From assembly GCA_965203055.1 (NCBI GenBank), contig OZ241863.1, forward strand, positions 3,712,001 to 3,776,000: a DNA stretch of 64,000 nucleotides, read 5' to 3'. The translations under genes and the position numbers were made by a program. This DNA comes from Spirochaetia bacterium. Lineage in GTDB: Bacteria > Spirochaetota > Spirochaetia > SZUA-6 > Bin103. This document shows, piece after piece, positions 1-9,165 of the stretch. Below the pieces are notes generated by a model. It was given only the letters and a program-made list of their open reading frames with translations. It did no database searches and had not been told where the DNA came from. Within the stretch, counting starts at the first letter, position 1; the number at the start of each line of letters is the position of its first letter.

Positions 1-363
1 GCGGCGCCGCTGCTGCCGGTAGAGCAGCGGCTGCTGCGCGCGCTGCGGCGCGGGTCGCGGCGCTTCACCCTGCGGCAGTGGCGCCACGTCCTGCGCGGCG
101 GGCCATCGCCGGTGATCGAACGCGACGGACTGCGCGGCGCGCCCGGCTTCGGGCTGCTCGCCGACTGGGACCACGACGAGGTGCAGGAGGCCTGCGCCGC
201 TCTGGTCGCGGCCGGGCTGGCGCGGGTACCTTCGCGGGGGCCGTGGCGCGGGCGCCTCGTAGTGCCCCGGCCGCGCGGCGCGCGGCCGGGCCGAACGCTG
301 CGACTGTTTGACACCGGGCGCGCGGCGGCGCTACAATCGGCCCGTCTCCGAGATGCTGCCTAG
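1..363 (+). CDS. C-terminal part of a RecQ-like helicase (RQC-like winged helix), truncated by the window edge
   Basis: Frame 1 is open from base 1 (..EQRLLRALRRGSRRFTLRQWRHVLRGG..PGFGLLADWDHDEVQEACAALVAAGL), resembling the RQC pattern (VLRG..FG..W..LV.xG); stop at 361-363. Confidence 0.45.
   Translation, partial: AAPLLPVEQRLLRALRRGSRRFTLRQWRHVLRGGPSPVIERDGLRGAPGFGLLADWDHDEVQEACAALVAAGLARVPSRGPWRGRLVVPRPRGARPGRTLRLFDTGRAAALQSARLRDAA
308..337 (+). promoter_or_regulatory. sigma70-like promoter for the mmd operon
   Basis: TTGACA (308-313), N18, TACAAT (332-337), about 100 nt upstream of the mmdA ATG. Confidence 0.6.
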
Positions 364-437
364 TCACCTACGTTATTGCAGTAGATCAAGTTGCATGGAA
401 ATGAGCGGCCCTGTCGCCGGCCCGGTGGAACAGCCTC

Positions 438-1997
438 ATGAGTGACGGCGCGATGCCGGACGTCCTTGCCCGGCGGCGCCGCACGCGGGCGCAGATGCTG
501 CAGGGCGGCGGTGCGGCGCGGGTGGAAGCGCAGCACCGGAAGGGCAAGCTCACCGCGCGCGAACGTCTCGACCTGTTGCTCGACGAGCGCTCGTTCATCG
601 AGCAGCAGCCCTACGTTACGTTGCGCGCCGCCGACTTCGGACTGGAGCGGCGCCGGAGTCTGGGCGACGGCGTGGTCAGCGGCAGCGGGCTGGTGGACGG
701 GCGCCAGGTATTCGTCGCCGCGCAGGACTTCACGGTCAACGGCGGTTCCCTGGGCGAGATGCACGCCGAGCGCATCGTCGCCGCGCAGCGCGACGCCCTC
801 ACCAACCGCGTGCCGTTCATTCAGGTCAACGATTCCGGCGGCGCCCGGATTCAGGAAGGGGTGCTGTCGCTCAACGGATACGCCCGCATCTTCCGCGCCA
901 ACACGGCCGCCTCCGGCGTAATCCCGCAACTCTCGATCATTCTGGGTCCCTGCGCCGGCGGCGCCGTCTACTCGCCGGCGATCACCGACTTCATCTTCAT
1001 GGTGGACGGGGTGAGCAACATGTTCATCACCGGGCCGCAGGTAATCGCCACGGTGACCGGCGAGAAGATCAGCTCGGAGGACCTCGGCGGGTCGGCAGCG
1101 CACTGCAGCCGCAGCGGAGTGGCTCACTTCCGGTTCGCGTCCGAGCAGGATTGCCTGCAGGGGGTGCGCAACCTGCTGGCCTATCTGCCGGCCCACAACG
1201 GCGAAGACCCGCCGTTGCGGCCCGGCGGCGACGACGTCGACCGCGCCACGCCGGAGCTGCTGCAACTGGTGCCGGCCGACCCGCGGCGCGGTTACGACGT
1301 GAAGCAGGTGATCACGGCGCTGGTCGACCGCGGCAGCTTCCTGGAGGTCCACGCCGAGTACGCCGCCAACGTGGTGGTCGGGTTCGCGCGCCTGGCCGGC
1401 CGCACCGTCGGCATGTTCGCCAATCAGCCCAACGTGTACGCCGCCTCGCTGGACATCAACTCGTCCGACAAGGCGGCCCGCTTCCTGCGGTTCTGCGACG
1501 CCTTCAACGTTCCCATCATCGCCCTGGTGGATGTCCCCGGGTTCCTGCCGGGCGTGGCCCAGGAACACGGCGGCATCATCCGCCACGGCGCGAAGATTCT
1601 CTACGCCATCGCCGAGGCGACGGTGCCGAAGGTGGCGCTGATTCTACGCAAGGCGTACGGGGGGGCGTTCATCGCCATGGCCTCCAAGTCGCTGGGCTAT
1701 GACCGCGTGCTGGCCCTGCCGGGCGCGGAAGTTGCGGTAATGGGCGCCGAGGGCGCCGCCAACGTCATCTTCGCGCGCGACATCAAGGCGGCCGAGGATC
1801 CGGCCGCGATGCGCAAGCAGAAAATCGCGGAGTTTCACGAGAGCGTCATGACCCCTTACATCGCCGCCGGCTACGGGTTCGTGGACGACGTCATCGATCC
1901 CGCCGCGGCGCGCGCCGAGCTGGTGCGGTCGGTGGAGATGTACGCGCGCAAACGCGAATCGCGGCCGCCGAAGAAGCACGGCAACATCCCCCTCTGA
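438..1997 (+). CDS. mmdA: methylmalonyl-CoA decarboxylase alpha subunit (acyl-CoA carboxyltransferase)
   Basis: 519 aa; motifs GKLTARER, DSGGARIQEG, GPCAGGAVYSPA, DVPGFLPG and C-terminal KKHGNIPL; operon with delta, gamma and beta subunits. Confidence 0.9.
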   Translation: MSDGAMPDVLARRRRTRAQMLQGGGAARVEAQHRKGKLTARERLDLLLDERSFIEQQPYVTLRAADFGLERRRSLGDGVVSGSGLVDGRQVFVAAQDFTVNGGSLGEMHAERIVAAQRDALTNRVPFIQVNDSGGARIQEGVLSLNGYARIFRANTAASGVIPQLSIILGPCAGGAVYSPAITDFIFMVDGVSNMFITGPQVIATVTGEKISSEDLGGSAAHCSRSGVAHFRFASEQDCLQGVRNLLAYLPAHNGEDPPLRPGGDDVDRATPELLQLVPADPRRGYDVKQVITALVDRGSFLEVHAEYAANVVVGFARLAGRTVGMFANQPNVYAASLDINSSDKAARFLRFCDAFNVPIIALVDVPGFLPGVAQEHGGIIRHGAKILYAIAEATVPKVALILRKAYGGAFIAMASKSLGYDRVLALPGAEVAVMGAEGAANVIFARDIKAAEDPAAMRKQKIAEFHESVMTPYIAAGYGFVDDVIDPAAARAELVRSVEMYARKRESRPPKKHGNIPL

Positions 1998-2008
1998 GGC
2001 GGCCCGGA

Positions 2009-2293
2009 ATGGATCAGCAGCCGCTCGCCTTCGCCGGCATCGTGACCATCCTCGGCATGGGGGTGGTGTTTTCCTTCCTCGCCCTGTTGAGCGTGGGGAT
2101 GCTGGGGCTGCGCCGCCTGCAGCGCCGCGCCGCCGCCCCCGCGCCGGGCGCGCCCGGCGCCGCGCCCGAGCCCGCGGCGGCGCGCCATGACGCGCGCTGG
2201 GTGGCGGCCGCGGTGGCCGCGTACCTGTCTCACCAGGGCCGCTTCGACGAGGTGATCGCGGCGCCGTGGGAGCCGTCGCAGAGGCGCCCGTGA
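2009..2293 (+). CDS. mmdD: OadG-family / MmdD (delta) membrane anchor subunit
   Basis: 94 aa; N-terminal TM (LGMGVVFSFLALL), Ala/Pro linker, AAAVAAY motif. Confidence 0.8.
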   Translation: MDQQPLAFAGIVTILGMGVVFSFLALLSVGMLGLRRLQRRAAAPAPGAPGAAPEPAAARHDARWVAAAVAAYLSHQGRFDEVIAAPWEPSQRRP

Positions 2294-2736
2294 AGCAGCA
2301 GGTTTCGTTCGAGTACGAGGGCCGCGCCTACACCGTTGCGGTGGAGCGCCGCGGCGACACGCTGACCATCGAAAGCGAAGGCCAGCGCTACGAGGTCACC
2401 TTGACCGGCAGCGCCGGCGGCGCCGGGCAGCCGGCCGGCCCGCCCGCTCCCGCGCCCGCGCCCGTTGCCCCCCCGGCGCCGGCGGCACCCGCGCCTACGC
2501 CGGCCGGCGTCGCCGGTCCCGGCGACGTGGTAGCGCCGATGACCGGGACCATCCGCGAGGTTCGCACGCAAGTGGGGGCCGCGGTGGTGGAAGGCCAGGT
2601 GCTGTTCATCATGGAAGCGATGAAGATGGACCTGGAGGTACCGGTGGCGGTAGCCGGTTCGATCACCGAGATTGCCGTGCAGGCGGGGGACAGCGTGGTC
2701 GAGGCGCAGCTCCTGGCGCGCGTCGCCGCCGGCTGA
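2290..2736 (+). CDS. mmdC: biotin carboxyl carrier (gamma) subunit
   Basis: GTG start overlaps the upstream TGA; Ala/Pro linker, APMTGTI and the EAMKM biotinylation motif. Confidence 0.88.
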   Translation: MKQQVSFEYEGRAYTVAVERRGDTLTIESEGQRYEVTLTGSAGGAGQPAGPPAPAPAPVAPPAPAAPAPTPAGVAGPGDVVAPMTGTIREVRTQVGAAVVEGQVLFIMEAMKMDLEVPVAVAGSITEIAVQAGDSVVEAQLLARVAAG

Positions 2737-2741
2737 CCGCC

Positions 2742-3905
2742 ATGGAGCTGATCGGGAAGTTCTTTGCCAACAGCGGCGTCGCCGGTCTGATCCAGCTCGG
2801 CCCGGACTGGTGGCGCCCCCTGGTGATGCTGGGCGTGGGCGGTCTGCTGATCTACCTGGCCATCGCCAAGGAGTACGAGCCGCTGCTGCTGCTGCCGATC
2901 GGCTTCGCGGCGATCCTGGTCAATCTGCCGCTCACCGAAATGTTCCACGGCAAGGCAACGCTGCTCGACCAACTCATGGGCGAGACGGTGCCCGGCCTGC
3001 TCGACTACGTGTTCTTCGGTCTCTCCACCGGGGTGTTCCCGCCGCTGATCTTCCTCGGTCTGGGGGCGATGACCGACTTCAGCCCGCTGCTGGCCAAGCC
3101 GCAGACGTTCCTGTTGGGGGCCGCCGCCCAGTTCGGCATCTTCGGCACCCTGCTCGCGGCGCAGGCATTCGACTTCACCTTCGCCGAGGCCGCCTCCATC
3201 GCCATCATCGGCGGCGCTGACGGACCGACCGCCATCTACGTCACTTCGCGCCTCGCCGATCATCTGCTGGGGGCGGTGGCGGTGGCCGCCTACTCCTACA
3301 TGGCGCTGGTACCGATCATCCAGCCGCCCATCATCCGCCTGCTCACCACCAAGCGGGAGCGGGCGGTGGTGATGTCGGAGGTGCCGCCGGTGCCGCGTTC
3401 CATCCGCATCCTGTTCCCGATCGCGATCACCCTGAGCGCGGCGCTGCTGGTACCGCCGGCCACGCCGCTCATCGGCATGCTGATGTTCGGCAACCTGCTG
3501 CGCGAGGCCGGCGTGGTGGAGCGGCTGTCGAAGGCGGCGCAGAACGAGCTGACCAACCTGATCACCATCTTCCTCGGCCTGGCGGTAGGGTCCAAGCTCA
3601 CCGCGGCCGAGTTCCTGACCACCGACACGCTGCTGATCATCGCTCTGGGCCTGGCGGCGTTCGCCGTCGGCACCGCCTCCGGCGTACTGCTCGGCAAGCT
3701 GCTCTACCTGCTGTCCGGCGGCAAGGTGAATCCGATGATCGGCGCCGCGGGCGTGTCGGCGGTGCCGATGGCGGCGCGCGTGGTGCAGCGCATGGGCCAG
3801 CGCGAGAACCCCAACAACTTCCTGCTGATGAACGCCATCGGCCCCAACTACGCCGGCGTGATCGGTTCCGCAGTCGCCGCCGGCGTGCTCATGGCCCTGG
3901 CCTGA
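2742..3905 (+). CDS. mmdB: Na+-translocating decarboxylase beta subunit
   Basis: 387 aa polytopic protein; IGGADGPTAIY, YSYMALVPIIQPP, GVSAVPMAARV, GPNxAGVIGSA. Confidence 0.92.
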   Translation: MELIGKFFANSGVAGLIQLGPDWWRPLVMLGVGGLLIYLAIAKEYEPLLLLPIGFAAILVNLPLTEMFHGKATLLDQLMGETVPGLLDYVFFGLSTGVFPPLIFLGLGAMTDFSPLLAKPQTFLLGAAAQFGIFGTLLAAQAFDFTFAEAASIAIIGGADGPTAIYVTSRLADHLLGAVAVAAYSYMALVPIIQPPIIRLLTTKRERAVVMSEVPPVPRSIRILFPIAITLSAALLVPPATPLIGMLMFGNLLREAGVVERLSKAAQNELTNLITIFLGLAVGSKLTAAEFLTTDTLLIIALGLAAFAVGTASGVLLGKLLYLLSGGKVNPMIGAAGVSAVPMAARVVQRMGQRENPNNFLLMNAIGPNYAGVIGSAVAAGVLMALA

Positions 3906-3919
3906 AGCGGACCGCCACG

Positions 3920-5149
3920 GTGCCTCTGGACCCGCGCGCCATCATCGCCCGCGGCGAGAACGCCAAGACCGAGTTCAAGCGCGACGACCGCGGCCTGCGC
4001 CCGCCGCGGCTGGCGCGGGAGATAGTCGCCTTCGCCAACATGAACGGCGGCCTGATCGTGCTCGGAGTGGATGACGACGGCACGGTATCCGGCGTCACCC
4101 GCGACAACCTCCAGGCCTGGCTGATGGACACCGTAATCGGGCGCCACGTCGACCCGCAGCTCATTCCCGACTACGAGGAGTTCATCGTGGACGGCAAGCC
4201 GATCGCCATCGTCACCGTCCCCGCGGGCGCGGCCAAGCCGTACGGCGTGCGCCAGCAGGATCGGATCGACTATTACGTACGGCTCGGCGATGCCACGCAA
4301 CGCGCCGGCCGCGAGCAGATGGCGCGTCTGTTTCAGTCCGGCGGCCTGGTGTCGGTAGAGAAGATGCCGGTCCGCGGCAGCTCCCTCGCCGATCTGGACC
4401 TGCGCCGCCTGGAGGACTACTTCCTGAACATCCTGGGCGAGGAGCGGGTGGACGACTGGCAACGCACCCTGCTCAATCGCGAGCTGCTGATTGCCGACGA
4501 ATGGCGGCCCGAGGCGCGCTGCTGCTCCTATGCCGCGTGCGTGCTGTTCGCGCGGGAGCCCCGGCGCCGCATGCCGCAGGCCGGGATACGGCTGCTGGTG
4601 TTTCCCGGCACCGACCTCGACTACGACGCCAATCTGGACGAAGTGCTGGACCTTCCCTTCGTCGGCTTGCAGGAACGCCGCGAACGAAAGTTCGTCGAGC
4701 AGTCCCTGCCCAACCGGGTGCTCAGCTACCTGCAGCCGCACCTCAGCCGGGAGCGGCTGGAGGGGATGCGGCGGCACCGGCACTGGGACTATCCCACGGA
4801 GGTGATCCGCGAGCTGCTGGTGAACGCCTTCGCGCACCGCGACTGGACGCGTCCCACCGACGTGCAGATCACCATCTTCGCCGACCGCCTCGAAGTGAAC
4901 AGCCCGGGCTCCCTGCCCAACGGCGTAACCGTGGAGAAGGCCAAGGAGGGATTGCGCGTCCCGCGGAACTCCAACATCGTGAACATCCTGCGCGACTATG
5001 ACTTCATGGAGCATCGCGGCATGGGAATCCGCCGCAAGGTGATCCCCCTCACCCGCGCTCACAACGGCACCGAGCCGGAGTTCGAGGCGACCGACGATTA
5101 CTTCAAGGTGACCCTGTGGAAGGACCGGTCGAGGTCGCCCGCGCCGTAA
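3920..5149 (+). CDS. Schlafen/AlbA_2 domain + HATPase_c_4-like protein
   Basis: N-terminal GENAKTEFK..AFANMNGGLIVLGVDDDG; C-terminal YP..IRELLVNAFAHRDW..NSPGSLP..PRN..MEHRGMG. Confidence 0.85.
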   Translation: MPLDPRAIIARGENAKTEFKRDDRGLRPPRLAREIVAFANMNGGLIVLGVDDDGTVSGVTRDNLQAWLMDTVIGRHVDPQLIPDYEEFIVDGKPIAIVTVPAGAAKPYGVRQQDRIDYYVRLGDATQRAGREQMARLFQSGGLVSVEKMPVRGSSLADLDLRRLEDYFLNILGEERVDDWQRTLLNRELLIADEWRPEARCCSYAACVLFAREPRRRMPQAGIRLLVFPGTDLDYDANLDEVLDLPFVGLQERRERKFVEQSLPNRVLSYLQPHLSRERLEGMRRHRHWDYPTEVIRELLVNAFAHRDWTRPTDVQITIFADRLEVNSPGSLPNGVTVEKAKEGLRVPRNSNIVNILRDYDFMEHRGMGIRRKVIPLTRAHNGTEPEFEATDDYFKVTLWKDRSRSPAP

Positions 5150-5170
5150 CCCCGCTACGCCCCCCGGCCG

Positions 5171-6763
5171 CTACCTGCGGTCAAGGGAATCGTCGCGGTA
5201 GTGGCTGCCCAGACTGCGCGGGTTGCGCAGCGCGGCGTAGGTCACCAGCAGCGCGGTCTGGACGGCGTTGCGCAACGTGAGCAGCCGCGGGGTGAGCCGG
5301 TTGTCGGCGTAGAAGCTGTCGATCTCGGTCTTCAGCTCGCGCAGCAGGTGGGTGGCGCGGTCCAGTCGCTTGGAGGTGCGCACCAACCCGACGTAGTTCC
5401 ACATGGTGTTGCGGATCAGGCTCAGGTCCTGGGTGATCAGCTCGTCGTCGGGTTCGGCCTCGGGCATCACCCACGGCCGCACGGCCGGCAGGTGGAAGCT
5501 GCCGCCGGCGATCTCCGCGGCATGCTGGCGCGCCGCCTGGACGCCCATCACCACGCACTCCAGCAGCGAGGTGCTGGCCAGTCGGTTGGCGCCGTGAAGC
5601 CCGGTGCACGCGGTCTCGCCGATGGCGCTGAGATGGGCGATGTTGGTGTTGCCCGCCATGTCGGTGTGGATGCCGCCGCAGGCGTAGTGGGCCGCCGGCA
5701 CCACCGGGATCGGCTGGCGCGTCATGTCCACCCCGGCGGCCGTCAGGTGCGCGTCGATGGTGGGAAAGCGGCGGCGCGCGTAGTCGGGATCGACCCGGGA
5801 CAGATCGATGTAGACCGAGTCGCTCGCGCTCTTGAGCAGCTCGGTGTGGATGGAGCGCGCGATCACGTCGCGCGGCGCCAGCGATCCCAGGGGATGGTAC
5901 CGCTCCATGAACGCCGCGCCCTGGTGGTTGACCAACACGCCGCCTTCGCCGCGCACCGCTTCCGACACCAGAAACGGGCGCTGCCCCGGATGGTGGAACA
6001 CGGTGGGATGGAACTGTACGTACTCCAGGTCGATCACCCGCGCGCCCACCCGGTAGGCCATCGCGATGCCGTGGCCAAACGCGCCGCGGTCGTTGGTGCT
6101 GTGCAGGTAGAGCTGCCCCAGCCCGCCGGTGGCCAGCACCGTCTTCCTGGCGACGATGGCGCGTACCTGTCCCTGCGCCACCTCCAGCACGTAGGCGCCG
6201 ATGCAGCTCAGCGGGCGGTAGCGGTCCAGGAAGTCCACCGAGCTGTGCGACAGGGTGAGCAGATCCACCGCGAAGGCGCCGGTGGCGAGCGTCAGGCTGC
6301 CGCCGCCGGGCAACGGGCCGGCCGCGGCAAGCTGTCTCAGACGCCGGTGGAGGGCGCCGAGGATGGCGCGCCCGGTATGGTCCTTGGCGTAGATGATGCG
6401 GTGGCGGGAATGGGAGGCCTCGCGGGTAAAGCTGAGCGCGCCGTCGGCGCCGCGGTCGAAGGCGACCTGCAGGTCGTCGATCAGCAGCTCGCGCACCACG
6501 CGCGGGCCGGCGGCGACCAGCGCGTCCACCGCCGCCGGGTTGGCGGTGTGGGCGCTGGCGGCGTCGATGTCGGCGCGCAGCAGGGCGCCGTCCACCTCGT
6601 CGAAGATGATGCCGCCCTGGGCCCACCTGCTATTGCTGGCCTGCAGCTCGCCGGCGCCGGTGATCAGAGTGACCTGGAGGCCGGCGCGCGCCGCCTGCAG
6701 CGCGTAGACCGCGCCGGCGGCGCCGGCGCCGATCACCAGGCAGTCGGTGCGCGTAGTGGTCAT
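5171..6763 (-). CDS. nadB: L-aspartate oxidase
   Basis: ATG at 6763 overlaps the nadC stop; IGAGAAG, SNSRWAQGGI, QFHPT, SEAVRGEGG, LAPRDV, GLHGANRLASTSLLE. Confidence 0.93.
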   Translation of the reverse strand: MTTTRTDCLVIGAGAAGAVYALQAARAGLQVTLITGAGELQASNSRWAQGGIIFDEVDGALLRADIDAASAHTANPAAVDALVAAGPRVVRELLIDDLQVAFDRGADGALSFTREASHSRHRIIYAKDHTGRAILGALHRRLRQLAAAGPLPGGGSLTLATGAFAVDLLTLSHSSVDFLDRYRPLSCIGAYVLEVAQGQVRAIVARKTVLATGGLGQLYLHSTNDRGAFGHGIAMAYRVGARVIDLEYVQFHPTVFHHPGQRPFLVSEAVRGEGGVLVNHQGAAFMERYHPLGSLAPRDVIARSIHTELLKSASDSVYIDLSRVDPDYARRRFPTIDAHLTAAGVDMTRQPIPVVPAAHYACGGIHTDMAGNTNIAHLSAIGETACTGLHGANRLASTSLLECVVMGVQAARQHAAEIAGGSFHLPAVRPWVMPEAEPDDELITQDLSLIRNTMWNYVGLVRTSKRLDRATHLLRELKTEIDSFYADNRLTPRLLTLRNAVQTALLVTYAALRNPRSLGSHYRDDSLDRR

Positions 6764-7599
6764 CGCCGCCCCAGGAGGTCGAGCCCCAGATCGGGCCGGC
6801 GCGCCGCGCCGGTGATGGCGCTGGTGGAGATCACCTGGGCGCCGGCCGCGGCGTAGTCGGCCAGCGACTCCGGGGTAACGCCGCCCGACACTTCGATGAG
6901 CGCGCGGCCGGCCACCACCGCCACCGCTTCGCGCACCGCCGCGGGAGACATGTTGTCGAGCAGAATGACGTCGGCGCCGGCCGCCGCCGCCTCCCGCACC
7001 TGCGCCAGGGTATCGGTCTCCACCTCGATGCGGGCGACGTGGGACGCCTGCGCCCGCGCCCGGCGCAGCGCGGCGGTGATGCCGCCGGCCACGGCGACGT
7101 GGTTGTCCTTGATCATCACGCAGTCGGCCAGCGAGGCGCGGTGGTTGCGCCCGCCGCCGCAGCGCACCGCGTACTTTTCCAGTTCGCGCAGCCCGGGGGT
7201 GGTCTTGCGCGTCTCGCACACCACCGCCGAGGTACCGCGCAGCCGCTCCACGCAGGCGCGGGCCGCGGTGGCGATGCCGGACAGATGTTGCAGCAGGTTG
7301 AGGGCAGTGCGTTCGGCGGCCAGGATCGCGCGCGCGCGGCCGGCCACGTACAGCAGCCGCTGCCCGGCGGCCGCGGCCGCGCCGTCGGCCAGCGCCAGCT
7401 CCACGTGCAGGTCGGGATCGAGGCGCCGGAACACGTGGGCCGCAATCTCGCCGCCGCTGACCACCAGCGGCTCGCGCGCCACCACCGCGGCCCGGCACTC
7501 GGCGTCGGCCGGCACCACCGCGGAGCCGGTCGCGTCACCCAGCCCCAGGTCCTCCTCCAGGGCGGCTTCGATGACCCGCCGCGCGGAGAACGGAATCAC
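6760..7599 (-). CDS. nadC: quinolinate phosphoribosyltransferase
   Basis: EDLGLGDAT, ERTALNLLQHLSGIAT, TRKTTPGLR, IKDNH, LLDNM, EVSGG. Confidence 0.95.
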   Translation of the reverse strand: MIPFSARRVIEAALEEDLGLGDATGSAVVPADAECRAAVVAREPLVVSGGEIAAHVFRRLDPDLHVELALADGAAAAAGQRLLYVAGRARAILAAERTALNLLQHLSGIATAARACVERLRGTSAVVCETRKTTPGLRELEKYAVRCGGGRNHRASLADCVMIKDNHVAVAGGITAALRRARAQASHVARIEVETDTLAQVREAAAAGADVILLDNMSPAAVREAVAVVAGRALIEVSGGVTPESLADYAAAGAQVISTSAITGAARRPDLGLDLLGRR

Positions 7600-7615
7600 C
7601 GGCGCCCGCTCCGCT

Positions 7616-8644
7616 TCAGGGAGTGAGCTCGAACATGCGCTCGAGGGAGCGCAGCGCCGCCGCCCGCACCGTCTCGTCGAGCTCGATGATCTGGTGCGGC
7701 TGCGGATCGACCAGCACGTCGCGGATCTTCTTGAGGCTGTTGAGCTTCATGTAGGGACACAGCCGGCAGGAACCGATGAACTGCTTGCCGGGGTTCTCCA
7801 CCTCCACGCGGCTCACCAGCCCGCACTCGGTGAGCAGCATGAAGTACGCCGCGTCGGTGGCGCGCACGTACTCCATCATCTTGCCGGTACTGCCCACGAA
7901 GTCGCTGGCCGCGGTGACGTCGGTGGGGCACTCCGGGTGGCTCACCACCTTGACGCCGGGGTAGCGGGCGCGCGCCGCGGCGATCGCCTCGGCCGTGAAC
8001 TGATCGTGCACCAGGCAGGTGCCGTCCGAGCCGTGGATCACCTTGTCGCTGCCGCGCGCGGCCATCTCGCGGCGGATGTTGGCGGCCATCAGGCGGTCGG
8101 GAACGAACAGGATCTCGCGCTGCGGCAGCCGTTCGATGATGGAGTAGACGTTGCCGGAGGTGACGCACACGTCGCTCGCCGCCTTCACCTCGGCGGAGCT
8201 GTTGATGTAGCACACCACGGCCGCTTCCGGGTAGCGCGCCTTGAGCGCCAGCAGCTCGGCGCCGGTGAGGGAATCTGCCAGCGAGCAGCCGGAGGCGACG
8301 TCGGGCACCACCACCAGGGCGTCGGGACAGAGGATCTTGGCGGTCTCGGCCATGAACACCACGCCGGCGAATACGATCACCTCGGCGGCGGAGTCGCGCG
8401 CTTCCAGGCTGAGCGCGTAGGAGTCGCTCTTGAAGTCGGCCACGCCGTACACGATTTCGGGATTGACGTAGGAGTGGGCCAGGATGATGGCGTTCTTCCG
8501 CGCCTTGAGCCGGTTGATCTCGGCCGTGAGGGGGGCGACCTCGTAGCAGCGCTCCAGAGTCCATTGGGCGCCGGGCTGACACTCCACGTGCAGCAGATTG
8601 GAGAACAGCCGTTCCGCTTCCTGTGCCACTGCGCCGGCAGGCAT
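7616..8644 (-). CDS. nadA: quinolinate synthase (4Fe-4S)
   Basis: ILAHSY, GVVFMAETAKIL, GCSLA, YINSSAEVKA, CLVH, SHPEC, CPYMK. Confidence 0.95.
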   Translation of the reverse strand: MPAGAVAQEAERLFSNLLHVECQPGAQWTLERCYEVAPLTAEINRLKARKNAIILAHSYVNPEIVYGVADFKSDSYALSLEARDSAAEVIVFAGVVFMAETAKILCPDALVVVPDVASGCSLADSLTGAELLALKARYPEAAVVCYINSSAEVKAASDVCVTSGNVYSIIERLPQREILFVPDRLMAANIRREMAARGSDKVIHGSDGTCLVHDQFTAEAIAAARARYPGVKVVSHPECPTDVTAASDFVGSTGKMMEYVRATDAAYFMLLTECGLVSRVEVENPGKQFIGSCRLCPYMKLNSLKKIRDVLVDPQPHQIIELDETVRAAALRSLERMFELTP

Positions 8645-8980
8645 CGCGTGTAACCGTCTAGATACTCACCCGGCCGGACCGATGTCAACGGCGCGCGCGG
8701 GCGGCTCCAGGAAAATCCCATGCTACAGAGGCTGGTCGGAGCCGCGCCGACGCGGGGGCCGGAGTGGCGAGCGACAATCAAGATGAGAACGTAGCGGCTG
8801 CCTCCGGCGGAGGGGAATGGGACAGCGGGTGGCGCACCTGAGGGCCTGGTCCCGACCGTCGTCGCACAGTTGGCCCCGGACGGCGACCGGATGGGAGCGC
8901 GGGGCGTGATTCCGCGCTGCGCGGAGAAGATGGTGCGGGATGCGGCGCACCGTGCGGTGGAGGCGGGAACGGTATGAAAT

Positions 8981-9165
8981 ACGATTCAGAAGCCGGAGCA
9001 GCTCATCGAGCGGTTGGTAAACGCCAGCTCATGCGAGGGCGATCTGGTGCTTGATCCGTTTGCCGGAGTAGGCACCTGCCCGGCGGTATGCAAGCGTCTC
9101 GGGCGCCGTTTTATCGGCATCGAGAGAGACGAGGAGTTTGTACGGGCGGCAAGAATCGACTGCGT
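8981..9165 (+). pseudogene. C-terminal fragment of a beta-class N4/N6 DNA methyltransferase
   Basis: TIQKPEQLIERLVNASSCEGDLVLDPFAGVGTCPAVCKRLGRRFIGIERD; in-frame TGA at 8975-8977 just upstream; no motif IV (D/S-PPY) half. Confidence 0.75.

Noticed and set aside
5171..7498. Apparent 775-aa nadB, 938-aa GH4, 929-aa trkH and 947-aa MMPL fusions in the ORF track
   Set aside because: The N-terminal extensions overlap neighbouring real genes; the true starts are downstream.
8660..8690. ATACTCA half-site upstream of nadA resembling an NAD-regulator box
   Set aside because: Only one half-site with no dyad, and no cognate regulator in the window.
9053..9076. Shared DPFAGVGT between the 9-kb fragment and the 57-kb methyltransferase
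   Set aside because: This is the generic SAM-binding motif I; codons, flanks and motif order differ, so it is not a copy.
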